In this document: positions 28,135 through 37,704 of the stretch, in pieces | Layout of the letters: every line of letters starts with the position of its first letter | How positions within the stretch are numbered: position 1 is the stretch's first letter | Origin: Bacteroidales bacterium | GTDB lineage: Bacteria; Bacteroidota; Bacteroidia; Bacteroidales; UBA932 | Assembly: GCA_016285455.1 (NCBI GenBank) | Contig: JAEEQS010000008.1 | Coordinates: 4,449 to 68,448, forward strand | DNA length: 64,000 bases | Direction of reading: 5' to 3' | The notes under the pieces: model-generated | What the model was told of the DNA's origin: nothing | The model's input: only the letters and a program-made list of their open reading frames with translations | Databases searched by the model: none | Position numbers and translations under genes: made by a program

Positions 28135-29466
28135 ATGAGAACATTCAGAATGGGTGGCGTTCATCCTGCAGACAAGAAGATCAGCAAGGATGCGGCAATA
28201 GAAAAATTGCCTCTGCCAAAGACTGTATATATCTCTATGGGCCAGCACCTTGGCGCTCCTGCAGAACCTTGCGTGGCAGTGGGTGACAAAGTAAAGGTCG
28301 GCCAGCTCATAGCAAATGCAACCGGTTTTGTTTCCGCTCCTGTGCATTCATCGGTGAGCGGTACCGTAAAAGCAATTGAGACAGTAAAGGATCTTGCCGG
28401 CAAGCCGTCCAAGGCCGTGGTAATAGATGTTGAGGGAGACGAGTGGATGGAAGACATAGATCGCTCCCAGGACATAGTAAGAGAAATCAAGCTTGAAAAG
28501 AAAGAGATTGTTGACAGGATCAAGGCATGCGGAGTTGTAGGACTTGGCGGCGCAACCTTCCCTACGAACGTTAAGCTTTCTCCTCCTCCTACAGCAACTC
28601 CTACCTGCGTGATTATCAACGGAGCGGAGTGCGAGCCTTACCTTACTTCAGACTACAGGGTTATGATGGAAATGCCGGAGCAGGTGCTCATTGGCGGAAC
28701 CATTTTGATGAAGGCCCTCGGTGTAGACAAATGCTACATAGGAATTGAGGAGAACAAGCCAGAAGCCATCAAGAAACTCAGCGCTCTGGCTCCACATTAC
28801 AAAGGTGTTGAAATAGTTCCTCTGAAAAAGAAATATCCGCAGGGCGGTGAAAAGCAGCTTATCGATGCTGTTATCCGCAAGAGGGTTCCTTCTATGGGAC
28901 TTCCTGTTGATACTGGAGCCGTTGTTCAGAATGTGGGAACCGCCTTTGCCGTTTACGAGGCCGTTCAGAAGAACAAGCCTCTGTTCGAGGGCATTATGAC
29001 CGTTACCGGAGACTGCTTGGAGAACCAGCGCAACTTCCTGCACAGGGTCGGAACTCCGCTGAGCTTCATTATGGAATACAGCGGCGGAGTGCCAGAAAAG
29101 GCGTCAAAGATCATCAGCGGCGGACCTATGATGGGAAAGGCCGTTGTCAACATAGACGCTCCTACACTTAAGGGAACGTCCTCCATACTTTATCTTACAG
29201 AAGATCAGACAAAGAGAAAGGCTGAAAGCAACTGCATCCGCTGCGGAAAGTGCGTTAGCGCCTGCCCTATGGGCCTGGAGCCTTATCTTCTGAACAAGTT
29301 GGGAAGAGCTTCCCTTATGGATGAACTCGAGCAGCATCACGTTTATGACTGCATAGAGTGCGGCTGCTGCTCATTTACCTGCCCGGCATTCATTCCTCTG
29401 CTGGATACCATCCGCCAGAGCAAGGCTGCCGTAATGAAGATAATGAAGAGCCGTCCAAAGAAGTAA
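28135..29466 (+). CDS. rnfC: Rnf complex subunit C
   Basis: GLGGATFPT (NADH/FMN site) and two 4Fe-4S motifs (CIRCGKCVSACP, CIECGCCSFTCP) fit RnfC. Confidence 0.95.
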   Translation: MRTFRMGGVHPADKKISKDAAIEKLPLPKTVYISMGQHLGAPAEPCVAVGDKVKVGQLIANATGFVSAPVHSSVSGTVKAIETVKDLAGKPSKAVVIDVEGDEWMEDIDRSQDIVREIKLEKKEIVDRIKACGVVGLGGATFPTNVKLSPPPTATPTCVIINGAECEPYLTSDYRVMMEMPEQVLIGGTILMKALGVDKCYIGIEENKPEAIKKLSALAPHYKGVEIVPLKKKYPQGGEKQLIDAVIRKRVPSMGLPVDTGAVVQNVGTAFAVYEAVQKNKPLFEGIMTVTGDCLENQRNFLHRVGTPLSFIMEYSGGVPEKASKIISGGPMMGKAVVNIDAPTLKGTSSILYLTEDQTKRKAESNCIRCGKCVSACPMGLEPYLLNKLGRASLMDELEQHHVYDCIECGCCSFTCPAFIPLLDTIRQSKAAVMKIMKSRPKK

Positions 29467-29489
29467 TTGATTATTAAAACGTACAACAA

Positions 29490-30518
29490 ATGAATACATT
29501 GATTGTATCTCCTTCTCCTCACGTCCACGGGAAGGAATCAACCAGAAGGATAATGGGAGATGTAATTATCGCGCTTCTCCCTGCAGTTCTGGTTTCAATC
29601 TGGTTCTTTGGCTTGAGTGCAATCCATCTGGTATGCGTGAGCGTGCTGGCCTGCGTTGTGCTTGAGTATCTGATCCAGAAGTTTCTGCTAAAAGGAAAGA
29701 GTACCGTAGGAGACCTTTCCGCCGTTGTTACCGGCGTTCTTCTGGCTCTCAACCTTCCGGTTTGTTCACCTTGGTGGCTGATACTCATCGGAGCGCTTGT
29801 GGCAATCGGAATCGCCAAGATGACCTTCGGCGGCCTTGGCCAAAACCTCTTCAACCCGGCTTTGGTAGCCCGTGTGGTTCTGCTGGTTTCTTTCCCTGTG
29901 CTTATGACGGGAACCGCATTCCACGCTCCTGAAAGCGGCTATCTTTTCGGCAATTCAGACTTTGCTTCAACGGCGATGGACGCAATGAGCGGAGCCACTC
30001 CTCTGGGATTCGTAAAGGAGCAGCTGGCAAAGGGCGTTGCTATGGAAGAAATTATGGCTACTCCGGGCTTGTCTTACACCCAGCTTCTGTTTGCCAATAT
30101 GGGCGGAAGCGCCGGCGAGCTTTCTGCAATAGCTCTGGTGCTCGGCTTCATTTACCTGCTTTGCAGAAGGGTTATCAAGCCTTGGATATCGCTGAGCATT
30201 CTGGCTACTGTGTTTGTTTTTGCAGGAGCTCTTTACCTTGGCAATTCTTCAAGGTATCTGGATCCTGTATTCCACATTCTCAACGGAGGTTTGCTTCTGG
30301 GAGCCTTCTTTATGGCAACCGATTACGTTACTTCTCCTATGACAACCAAGGGACAGGTGATATTCGGTATCGGAATAGGTGTCATCACGGTTCTTATCAG
30401 AACGTTCGGAGCCTATCCGGAAGGAGTTTCCTTCGCGATACTTATTATGAATGCTACCGTTCCGCTTTTGAACAAGTTCCAACCTAAGAGATTTGCGGAG
30501 GAGGCGCAGAAAAAGTAA
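29490..30518 (+). CDS. rnfD: Rnf complex subunit D
   Basis: It is polytopic with the NqrB/RnfD FMN-attachment context (SGATPL). Confidence 0.95.
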   Translation: MNTLIVSPSPHVHGKESTRRIMGDVIIALLPAVLVSIWFFGLSAIHLVCVSVLACVVLEYLIQKFLLKGKSTVGDLSAVVTGVLLALNLPVCSPWWLILIGALVAIGIAKMTFGGLGQNLFNPALVARVVLLVSFPVLMTGTAFHAPESGYLFGNSDFASTAMDAMSGATPLGFVKEQLAKGVAMEEIMATPGLSYTQLLFANMGGSAGELSAIALVLGFIYLLCRRVIKPWISLSILATVFVFAGALYLGNSSRYLDPVFHILNGGLLLGAFFMATDYVTSPMTTKGQVIFGIGIGVITVLIRTFGAYPEGVSFAILIMNATVPLLNKFQPKRFAEEAQKK

Positions 30519-31114
30519 TGGCTATCAAATCATCACTCAGAAATATGGTGCTTGTGCTCACGCTGGTATGCCTGGGCGCATCCGCCGCTGTGGCAGTTAT
30601 TTACGCTGTCACTAAAGATCCTATCGCCGCCGCTTCCACGGCCAAGACCAACAAAGCGATAGAAGAAGTGGTTCCCGCTTTCGACAACAATCCTTCCGAG
30701 GAAGTCCTCAACATTGCAGCAGACCTTCAGAAACCAGACGCCACCAGCAAGGTATATGTGGCAAAGAATGGCGGAGAGGTTGTAGGCTATGCAATCGAGA
30801 GCACTACCACCAAGGGTTTTGGCGGTCCTTTCACCATTATGGTTGGATTCACTCCTAACGGAGAGGTTTACAACACTTCAGTAATTTCCCACTCGGAGAC
30901 TCCTGGACTGGGCGCCAAAATCACAGACTCCAAGAGCCATTTCATCACCCAGTGGAACGGCAAGAACCTTACAGACGGCAGCCTAAACATCTCTGTCAAG
31001 AAAGACGGCGGAGACATTGACGCCATCACCGCATCCACCATATCTTCAAGGGCTTTCTGCGACGCTATGCAGATAGCCGCTAACGTGTTCAACAATATCA
31101 CCACGGAAAAGTAA
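30518..31114 (+). CDS. rnfG: Rnf complex subunit G
   Basis: It has a single N-terminal TM segment and an FMN-binding domain (ETPGLGAKI...DAITASTISS). The start shares a TAATG overlap with rnfD. Confidence 0.92.
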   Translation: MAIKSSLRNMVLVLTLVCLGASAAVAVIYAVTKDPIAAASTAKTNKAIEEVVPAFDNNPSEEVLNIAADLQKPDATSKVYVAKNGGEVVGYAIESTTTKGFGGPFTIMVGFTPNGEVYNTSVISHSETPGLGAKITDSKSHFITQWNGKNLTDGSLNISVKKDGGDIDAITASTISSRAFCDAMQIAANVFNNITTEK

Positions 31115-31118
31115 AGTT

Positions 31119-31703
31119 ATGAGCAAGTTCAAATATCTGATAGACGGTATTGTCAAAAACAACCCGACCTTTGTTCTGGTTCTGGGTATGTGCCCTACGC
31201 TTGCAACTACCACTTCTGCAATAAACGGAATGGGTATGGGACTGGCCACTATGGCTGTTCTGCTTTGTTCCAATATGGTTATCTCTCTCCTTGCTCCGGT
31301 TATTCCGAACAAGGTCAGGATACCTTGCTACATCGTGGTGATTGCCGCGTTCGTAACTGTAGTCCAGCTTGTTATGCAAGCCTATACTCCTGGGCTCTAT
31401 GAGACTCTGGGAATCTTCATCCCTCTGATTGTGGTTAACTGCATCGTCCTGGGAAGAGCCGAGGCCTTTGCAAACAAGCACAATGTAATTGAGAGCGCCC
31501 TGGATGGAATCGGAATCGGAATCGGCTTCACCATCGCCCTGACCTGCATAGGTTTGGTGAGGGAAGTTCTTGGAAATCTCTCCGTTTTCGACCACAAGTT
31601 TTCATCTTCAGACGGTATGCTGGTATTCGTGCTGGCGCCAGGAGCCTTCATCGTGCTGGGATACCTGATGGTTATTTTCAACAAGCTTAAAGCCCGCAAA
31701 TAA
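31119..31703 (+). CDS. rnfE: Rnf complex subunit E
   Basis: The NqrD/RnfE-type polytopic protein has LVLGMCPTLA and IPLIVVNCIVLGRAEAFA. Confidence 0.93.
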   Translation: MSKFKYLIDGIVKNNPTFVLVLGMCPTLATTTSAINGMGMGLATMAVLLCSNMVISLLAPVIPNKVRIPCYIVVIAAFVTVVQLVMQAYTPGLYETLGIFIPLIVVNCIVLGRAEAFANKHNVIESALDGIGIGIGFTIALTCIGLVREVLGNLSVFDHKFSSSDGMLVFVLAPGAFIVLGYLMVIFNKLKARK

Positions 31704-31733
31704 AAGCAGTGTAGAATCATTAAAGAAAAAATT

Positions 31734-32351
31734 ATGGAATATCTAATCATAATAATAACGGCGGTATTCGTAAATAACGTAGTACTCAGCCAGTTCCTCG
31801 GAATCTGCCCGTTCCTGGGTGTTTCCAAGAAGATCTCCACCGCTTTCGGAATGAGCCTTGCGCTGATTCTGGTTATGGGCCTTGCAACCCTGGTTACCTA
31901 TCTTATCCAGAATTACGTTCTGATAAACACCTGGTTCGGAAGGGAAATCAACATCACCTTTATGCAGACCATAGTCTTCATCCTGGTGATCGCCGCCCTG
32001 GTTCAGATGGTTGAAATCATCCTCAAGAAGATCAACCCTACGCTTTATCAGGCACTGGGTATTTTCCTGCCGCTGATCACCACCAACTGCGCCGTTCTGG
32101 GAGCTGCCCTGATAGTTGTAACCAAGGAATTCTCCTTTGGCGGAGAGCCTCATATGATGAACCTTGCGGAAAGCGTGGTTTACTCAATGAGCCTTGCCGT
32201 AGGATTTGGCGTGGCCATCATTCTGTTTGCCGGAATGAGGGAGCAGCTGGAACTGAGCAATGTGCCAAAGTCTCTGAAGGGAACTCCTATCGCTCTGATT
32301 ACAGCCGGACTTCTGGCTCTTGCCTTTATGGGATTCCAGGGTATTGTTTAG
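31734..32351 (+). CDS. rnfA: Rnf complex subunit A
   Basis: The NqrE/RnfA-type protein has NNVVLSQFLGICPFLGVS and LPLITTNCAVLGAAL. Confidence 0.93.
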   Translation: MEYLIIIITAVFVNNVVLSQFLGICPFLGVSKKISTAFGMSLALILVMGLATLVTYLIQNYVLINTWFGREINITFMQTIVFILVIAALVQMVEIILKKINPTLYQALGIFLPLITTNCAVLGAALIVVTKEFSFGGEPHMMNLAESVVYSMSLAVGFGVAIILFAGMREQLELSNVPKSLKGTPIALITAGLLALAFMGFQGIV

Positions 32352-32362
32352 CTCAGCGATAA

Positions 32363-32650
32363 ATGCAGGATAAAAAGGAAATACTGGGCCGGATTATTAC
32401 CGCGGTAGAGATAGAAGCTCTTATGAGAGAGGGACGGAACGAGGAGGCTCACTCCAGCCTTTCCGCTCTCTTGAAAAAAGAACCAAAGAACGCCTACGCC
32501 TGGTATCTCCTTGGAAACCTGTACAGCCGCCAGCAGCTTTACCGCGAAGCTTTGGACGCTTACAGCAACTCCAAGCTTCTGGAACCTGAAGGCCCCGCCG
32601 CCGCAGCCGTAGACTGGGTGGTGGAACAGATGTCCGAAGAAGGTATCTGA
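32363..32650 (+). CDS. Small TPR-like protein (95 aa)
   Basis: NAYAWYLLGNLYSRQQLYREALDAYSNS is a TPR-like helix pair. The gene trails the rnf operon. Confidence 0.5.
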   Translation: MQDKKEILGRIITAVEIEALMREGRNEEAHSSLSALLKKEPKNAYAWYLLGNLYSRQQLYREALDAYSNSKLLEPEGPAAAAVDWVVEQMSEEGI

Positions 32651-32681
32651 AAAATCAAACAAATAAAGAACCTTATCAATT

Positions 32682-35297
32682 ATGAAATCAACAACAAAAG
32701 CACGTCTGACATCCTTTGTGTCAGTACTCTGCATTGCAGCAGCAATGACGCTGAGCGTTTCCCCTGGCTACTCCCAGAGAAACGGAAACTTCCCTCCTCC
32801 AGGCCAGGCTCCGGGCGGAGAAGGCGGCCCTCAAGGCCAGGCCCAGAAAAAGAAAGGCCCTGAATCACTGGAGAAATTCGTAAAGAAAGACGCCAAGATA
32901 ATGAAGGGCTTTACCACTGTCTATAACCAAGATGACAAGTGGTACATTAGCATCAACGACAGTATCATCGGACGTGACATTGAATTGGTTTCACGTATAT
33001 CAAAGAGCGCTGAGGGAGGCCGCAGGGGCTTCAACGGCTATGCCGGTGACATTGTAGGCGAGGCTATGGTACGTTTCTCCAAAGGCCCCGGCAACAAGAT
33101 CTTCCTCCATCAAGTGATGCTCCGCGAAAGGGCTACTGGAAGCATGGCGGATAATGTCCTCAAGTCCAACACAACGGCTATTGTGGCTTCATTTGACATA
33201 GCCGCCTGGAACGACGACAAATCGGATAACCTGATTGAGGTTTCCAACTTCCTTCTTACGGAAAACCCTCTGCTGCACTTCAACAAGTATCTCAAGCGCA
33301 CCTTCACTCTCCAGAACATAATGAAAGACCGTTCATACGTGAAGGAGGTCAACACATATCCTATCAACACCGAGTTCAAGAGCGTGATAACCTACGGCAA
33401 GGAAAATGGCCAGAGCGCAACATACGAATACAATGCTTCAATGGTACTTCTTCCTAAGGAACCTATGATGGGCCGTATCGTTGATCCGAGAGTAGGATAT
33501 TTCACCGTCAGGTATACTGACTTTGATATGAACCCTCAGGGAGTAAAACAGGTTAGCCTTGTTGCCCGCTGGAGGCTGGAGCCAAAGCCAGAAGATATGC
33601 AGAAATACGCCAATGGAGAACTCGTGGAGCCGCAGAAGCCTATCGTAATCTACATAGACCCTACTACTCCTAAGGAGTGGGTTCCTTATCTGATTGCAGG
33701 CGTTAACGACTGGCAGGCAGCATTTGAGAAGGCCGGCTTCAAGAACGCCATCATGGCCAAGGTTGCTCCTACAAAAGAAGAAGATCCTACCTGGAGCCTT
33801 GAAGACGCAACTCATTCAGCCATTGTCTACAAGCCAAGTGATGTTGCAAACGCCAGCGGTCCTCACGTATCCGACCCGAGAAGCGGAGAGATCATAGAGA
33901 CTCACATCAACTGGTACCACAACGTTATGAACCTTCTGAGGAACTGGTACTTTGTTCAGTGCGCCCCTTCAGACAAGGCAGCCAGGAATATGGAGCTTCC
34001 AACAGAGCTTATGGGAGAACTCATCCGCTTTGTTTCATCTCACGAAGTTGGCCATACCCTTGGCCTAAGGCATAACTTTGCCGGAAGCAACTGCCCGATC
34101 TACACAGTTGAAAACCTCAAGAACGTTGAGTTCCTGAAGAAATACGGCCACGCTTCATCCATTATGGACTACGCCCGCTTCCTGTATCTTGCAGAGGAAA
34201 AAGACAACATCCCTCAGGAACTTCTCTTTCCTTGCATCGGCCCTTACGACAAGTGGGCTATTGAATGGGGCTACAGGTACTATCCTCAGTTCAAGACTCC
34301 TAAGGAAGAAGCTGATTACCTGAAGAAGATTGTTACAGAAAAGCTCAAGGATCCTACCGGAATCTACAAGTTCGGAACAGAATCAGACCCTTCAGATCCT
34401 CGCTACCAGAGCGAAGACCTGGGCGTTAACCATATGCTCAGCAACGAGATCGGAATGAACAACCTCAAGGTCATAATGAACAACATCGAGACCTGGACCG
34501 CAACTCCTAACGAGCCTTACACCAATCTCAGCGACATTTACGATCAGGTTGTAAACCAGTACAAGAGATACGTCAACCACGTTGCCAAGTACATAGGCGG
34601 AATAACATCCGAGGAAAAACTGGCCGAGGAGCCTGGTGATATCCGCACACACGTAAGCAAGGCAAAGCAGCAGGAAGCCCTGAATTTCCTCAAGAAGCAT
34701 TTCTTCACCACTCCTAAGTGGCTGCTCAAAGACGAGATCTTCAAGAAGACCAAGAAGGACAAGCTCACAGTTATGCAGGGCATCTACAATGGAACGCTCG
34801 GCAAGCTTGTAGACAACCGCGTCTTGGACAACCTCGTAAAGGCTGAAGTTGCCAACGGCAAGAACGCCTATACCATAGAGAACTATTTCAACGATCTGAA
34901 CGCCATCATCTTTGCCCCTATGCCTGCCGATCCTCAGGATGCAGCTTACCGCCGCCTGATGCAGAAGATTTATGTGCAGAAGCTCTGCGATATGTACACC
35001 GGCAGCGGCAACGGCAACTCTACCGGCGGAATGATGGTAATCTACACTCCGGAAGAGAAAGGCAACTCCGATGTCTCCTCAATGATACTCGGACAGCTTG
35101 AGATGCTCCAGGCCAAATTCAAGGCCGCATCTACCAACACTACTACTCTCAACGGAGCACACAACCGCTTCCTCTACGAGAGAGTAAGGCGCGCCATCAC
35201 AGACCAGAGGCAGAAGGCTTCAACCCCTTCCAACACCAATATGCCTCCATTCATCGCTGAGGAAGATTTCAGCACCATCTGCACTCTCGGCAACTAA
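32682..35297 (+). CDS. Secreted zinc-dependent metalloprotease (large, DUF5117/DUF4953-like architecture)
   Basis: It has a signal peptide and the zincin motif SSHEVGHTLGLRHNF in an 871 aa protein. Confidence 0.8.
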   Translation: MKSTTKARLTSFVSVLCIAAAMTLSVSPGYSQRNGNFPPPGQAPGGEGGPQGQAQKKKGPESLEKFVKKDAKIMKGFTTVYNQDDKWYISINDSIIGRDIELVSRISKSAEGGRRGFNGYAGDIVGEAMVRFSKGPGNKIFLHQVMLRERATGSMADNVLKSNTTAIVASFDIAAWNDDKSDNLIEVSNFLLTENPLLHFNKYLKRTFTLQNIMKDRSYVKEVNTYPINTEFKSVITYGKENGQSATYEYNASMVLLPKEPMMGRIVDPRVGYFTVRYTDFDMNPQGVKQVSLVARWRLEPKPEDMQKYANGELVEPQKPIVIYIDPTTPKEWVPYLIAGVNDWQAAFEKAGFKNAIMAKVAPTKEEDPTWSLEDATHSAIVYKPSDVANASGPHVSDPRSGEIIETHINWYHNVMNLLRNWYFVQCAPSDKAARNMELPTELMGELIRFVSSHEVGHTLGLRHNFAGSNCPIYTVENLKNVEFLKKYGHASSIMDYARFLYLAEEKDNIPQELLFPCIGPYDKWAIEWGYRYYPQFKTPKEEADYLKKIVTEKLKDPTGIYKFGTESDPSDPRYQSEDLGVNHMLSNEIGMNNLKVIMNNIETWTATPNEPYTNLSDIYDQVVNQYKRYVNHVAKYIGGITSEEKLAEEPGDIRTHVSKAKQQEALNFLKKHFFTTPKWLLKDEIFKKTKKDKLTVMQGIYNGTLGKLVDNRVLDNLVKAEVANGKNAYTIENYFNDLNAIIFAPMPADPQDAAYRRLMQKIYVQKLCDMYTGSGNGNSTGGMMVIYTPEEKGNSDVSSMILGQLEMLQAKFKAASTNTTTLNGAHNRFLYERVRRAITDQRQKASTPSNTNMPPFIAEEDFSTICTLGN

Positions 35298-35338
35298 GTA
35301 CCAGTCGGTTACAGCCTGTAAGTGCTCAGATAAATGTG

Positions 35339-35365
35339 CCCGTTCTGTTGTTTAAGCAGAACGGG
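35339..35365 (+). terminator. Intrinsic terminator-like hairpin after the metalloprotease gene
   Basis: CCCGTTCTG (35339-35347) pairs with CAGAACGGG (35357-35365), followed by a T-rich tract. Confidence 0.5.
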
Positions 35366-35422
35366 TTCATTTATTCTGTTTATGTGTACCGGTGGTCCAA
35401 GCGTGGTGTCACCGGTTCAAGC

Positions 35423-36058
35423 CTAGAAATTGTAGCGGATACCCAAGAGGATGGCGCCCTGCTCTCCCATTCCGAACTCGGCGAAGCCGCGGAGCTTTCC
35501 GCCCGCCTCGATGCCTATTAACGATGCCTGGAAGTTGAATACTACATCTTTGTTTTTCTCAGTGGCAACAGCAGGGTTAACGTCTTTCATATTGGTGTTC
35601 ACGAAGCTGATGCCTGCGGCAACTTTGGAGTACATTCCAAAATGTTCTTTCCTGAGCCAGTTGAACTTGGCTGCTGGCATAAAGGAGAAGTAAGAACGGG
35701 TGTAGCTGCCGGTTTTGGTTTTGGCAGCTTCTCCAGTTGTGCCGGAAAGGGATCTGGAAAAGACGTCATCCTTGAAAGAAGCCACCGAACCAACGGCGCC
35801 AACTCCTACAACCGGGCTGACGCGGTAAAAATATTCTGCTGAGATTGGCCCCACGGCGCTCTTCTGCTTGGTCTCTCCGCCGAACATCACTGTTACAACT
35901 TCCTGGAAGACCTCAACCCACTCGGAGTTGGAAAGTGTTCCGTAAGCTACTGAGAATTCATTCTTTGTAACGATGTCTTTCCCGATTACCTGAGACCAGG
36001 AATCAGTGGCAAACATCAGTGCCAGTGCCATAGCGGCAACAAATAATCCTTTCTTCAT
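35423..36058 (-). CDS. Small outer-membrane beta-barrel protein (porin-family-like)
   Basis: It has a signal peptide, alternating beta-strand pattern and a C-terminal ...LGIRYNF. Confidence 0.55.
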   Translation of the reverse strand: MKKGLFVAAMALALMFATDSWSQVIGKDIVTKNEFSVAYGTLSNSEWVEVFQEVVTVMFGGETKQKSAVGPISAEYFYRVSPVVGVGAVGSVASFKDDVFSRSLSGTTGEAAKTKTGSYTRSYFSFMPAAKFNWLRKEHFGMYSKVAAGISFVNTNMKDVNPAVATEKNKDVVFNFQASLIGIEAGGKLRGFAEFGMGEQGAILLGIRYNF

Positions 36059-36202
36059 AATCTCATATAATGATGATTCTGTTATTTATCTCATAATGTC
36101 TAGGCATTATTTTTGCTCTCAAATACCTTGCCGAGGAAAGAGTTCATGTAAGTTCTTCATAGATAACCTGACGAAAAACCAGAGTCCTCAGATTTTTTTA
36201 TA

Positions 36203-36210
36203 TATATTTG
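36203..36210 (+). promoter_or_regulatory. Candidate -7 box TATATTTG for the C10 protease gene
   Basis: It matches TAnnTTTG and lies 20 nt upstream of the ATG at 36231. Confidence 0.45.
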
Positions 36211-36230
36211 ATGCATCAAATTGTACCACT

Positions 36231-37697
36231 ATGAGAACTTTATCACATTTTCTAATATGTTGCACCATTTTGTGTGTAGCCTCTTGTTCGGTTAATTCTA
36301 TAACCGATCAGCCTTCCAATGAAAAAGAATCTTCTTCAGATATTTCCTCAGTTAGTCTTAAGTGCACTAATACGAATTTCAGCGTGGATCCTGTATTGCT
36401 TAACTGTTATTTAGAGAACTTTTACAAAGGTAAAAAAGTTGAATCAATAGAACCTCTTATAGAACAGGAAGATACGCTTGCTTATTATGTGCAGTTTTCT
36501 GATGATTCAGGATGGGCTTTGGTTTCAGCCGACATGCGTATTTCACCAGTCCTTGCTTCTGCAAATGACGGTGCTGTTGACTTTGGCAGTCTTGATTTAG
36601 AAAATCCAGCTCTATTCACATTATTTAATTATTTGGAGTACATAAAAGAAGTTAAGGCTGGATCTTCAACAGAACTCAATAGCGTTTGGGCGTTTCTTTC
36701 TCCCAAACAATCTCTAAGAGCTGTAAGAACTAAATCACAAAATGGCTCAAGAGGATATGGACAAGGAATGTGGATACCGGTTGACACCTCTTACAGACAA
36801 GTGGTAAACGCTTCACCTAAATTAACTTTATCCAGTTGGGGACAAGATAGTCTCTGGAAGCAATATACACCTAAGATTAATAATCAGCACACAAAAGTAG
36901 GATGTGCCGCTGTTGCTGTTGGTCAGCTTCTTTATGCATATTATAGAAATGACCCAGGTCAATATACAATACCCTCTTCTGCTGATACTTTATCTTCACC
37001 GATTAGCTTCAGTCACTTTACAACATCAGCCTGGAGTTCTCTTGTGCCCAATCTAAACTTCGTGCCAACAGACACTACTGCAATTTTTCTCTCTTGGCTT
37101 AGTAAAGAAATGCATTCAGCTCCAGGTTTAGAAGGAACAAATACAGATTGGAGTTATCAAGAGGCAATACTTAATGCTTATTTTAACTACAGGAATGGTT
37201 TTCATGTAGGCGACAACAATCAAAACCAAAGAAATATGTTTTGCGATACGGTTGTTGCTTCCATCTTTAGCGGGAGCCCAGTTTATTTCGTTTCTAAAGA
37301 TCACCACGGGCAATTTTTGGGGCATTCTTTCCTGATAGACCAATGTACCTTGTTTGAGTATCAATGTGTTATTACTTATGAGTTTGATCCAGACTACAAT
37401 ATAACAGAGGACGATATTTACAATTATCCTTATTGGTGTTTTGTTGAGCCTGCTAATGGAATATATGAATTAGAATATATCATTACTTTACAAAAAACGA
37501 TTACAGTAAAGATGAATTGGGGTTGGAATGGTTCTTATAACAACACGAGTAATTTGTTAAGAGCAAGGTCCTACGATATAGGAGAAAATGGAAGCTATTT
37601 AAGTACCGAACAAATAAATTTGACTTGGATTTTCCCAGATGGAACAATTACCGATGTTTATCACTGGGGGCATCATTTCACCAGAAATATAAATTAG
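36231..37697 (+). CDS. C10-family (streptopain/SpeB-like) cysteine protease lipoprotein with N-terminal pro/inhibitor domain
   Basis: It has a lipobox (LCVASCS) and a Spi-like prodomain pattern (LAYYVQFSDDSGWALVSADMRISPVLA). The catalytic Cys context is VGCAAVAVGQLLYAYY, the His context is GHSFLIDQC, and NWGWNGSYNN follows. I trimmed the start to the ATG at 36231. Confidence 0.8.
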   Translation: MRTLSHFLICCTILCVASCSVNSITDQPSNEKESSSDISSVSLKCTNTNFSVDPVLLNCYLENFYKGKKVESIEPLIEQEDTLAYYVQFSDDSGWALVSADMRISPVLASANDGAVDFGSLDLENPALFTLFNYLEYIKEVKAGSSTELNSVWAFLSPKQSLRAVRTKSQNGSRGYGQGMWIPVDTSYRQVVNASPKLTLSSWGQDSLWKQYTPKINNQHTKVGCAAVAVGQLLYAYYRNDPGQYTIPSSADTLSSPISFSHFTTSAWSSLVPNLNFVPTDTTAIFLSWLSKEMHSAPGLEGTNTDWSYQEAILNAYFNYRNGFHVGDNNQNQRNMFCDTVVASIFSGSPVYFVSKDHHGQFLGHSFLIDQCTLFEYQCVITYEFDPDYNITEDDIYNYPYWCFVEPANGIYELEYIITLQKTITVKMNWGWNGSYNNTSNLLRARSYDIGENGSYLSTEQINLTWIFPDGTITDVYHWGHHFTRNIN

Positions 37698-37704
37698 TCT
37701 TATT

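Noticed and set aside
27409-28347. A 312 aa ORF lies antisense to rnfB. Similar long antisense ORFs occur at 25124-26071 (dnaB), 61661-62530, 60688-61557, 43052-43846 (pnp), 9462-10193, 54107-54829 and 3840-4502 (rpoA).
   Set aside because: Each mirrors a gene with strong family motifs on the other strand. Their translations are Leu/Val/Gly/Arg-rich with no recognisable motifs. This is the usual shadow-ORF effect of codon bias in a ~50% GC genome.
32352-32361. The 10-mer CTCAGCGATA recurs on the plus strand at 32352, 46097, 52379 and 59472. A shared 15-mer, TTTAGCTCAGCGATA, occurs at 32347 and 46092. Related ATCGCTGAG strings are scattered through coding regions.
   Set aside because: A post-hoc estimate shows that one 15-mer repeat and a 10-mer seen four times are about what chance gives in 64 kb. 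The core also encodes the common I-A-E / L-S-D codon strings in this genome. The positions relative to genes are inconsistent.
32348-32734. A 128 aa minus-strand ORF spans the rnfA-TPR-metalloprotease junctions.
   Set aside because: It is antisense to a TPR-like ORF with a sensible helical repeat sequence and crosses two intergenic spacers. Its composition looks like shadow ORFs elsewhere in the window.
35385-35422. A GGTTCAAGCC string resembling a tRNA T-arm lies in the spacer after the metalloprotease gene.
   Set aside because: The preceding 70 nt show no acceptor, D or anticodon arms. The region is better explained by terminator hairpins.
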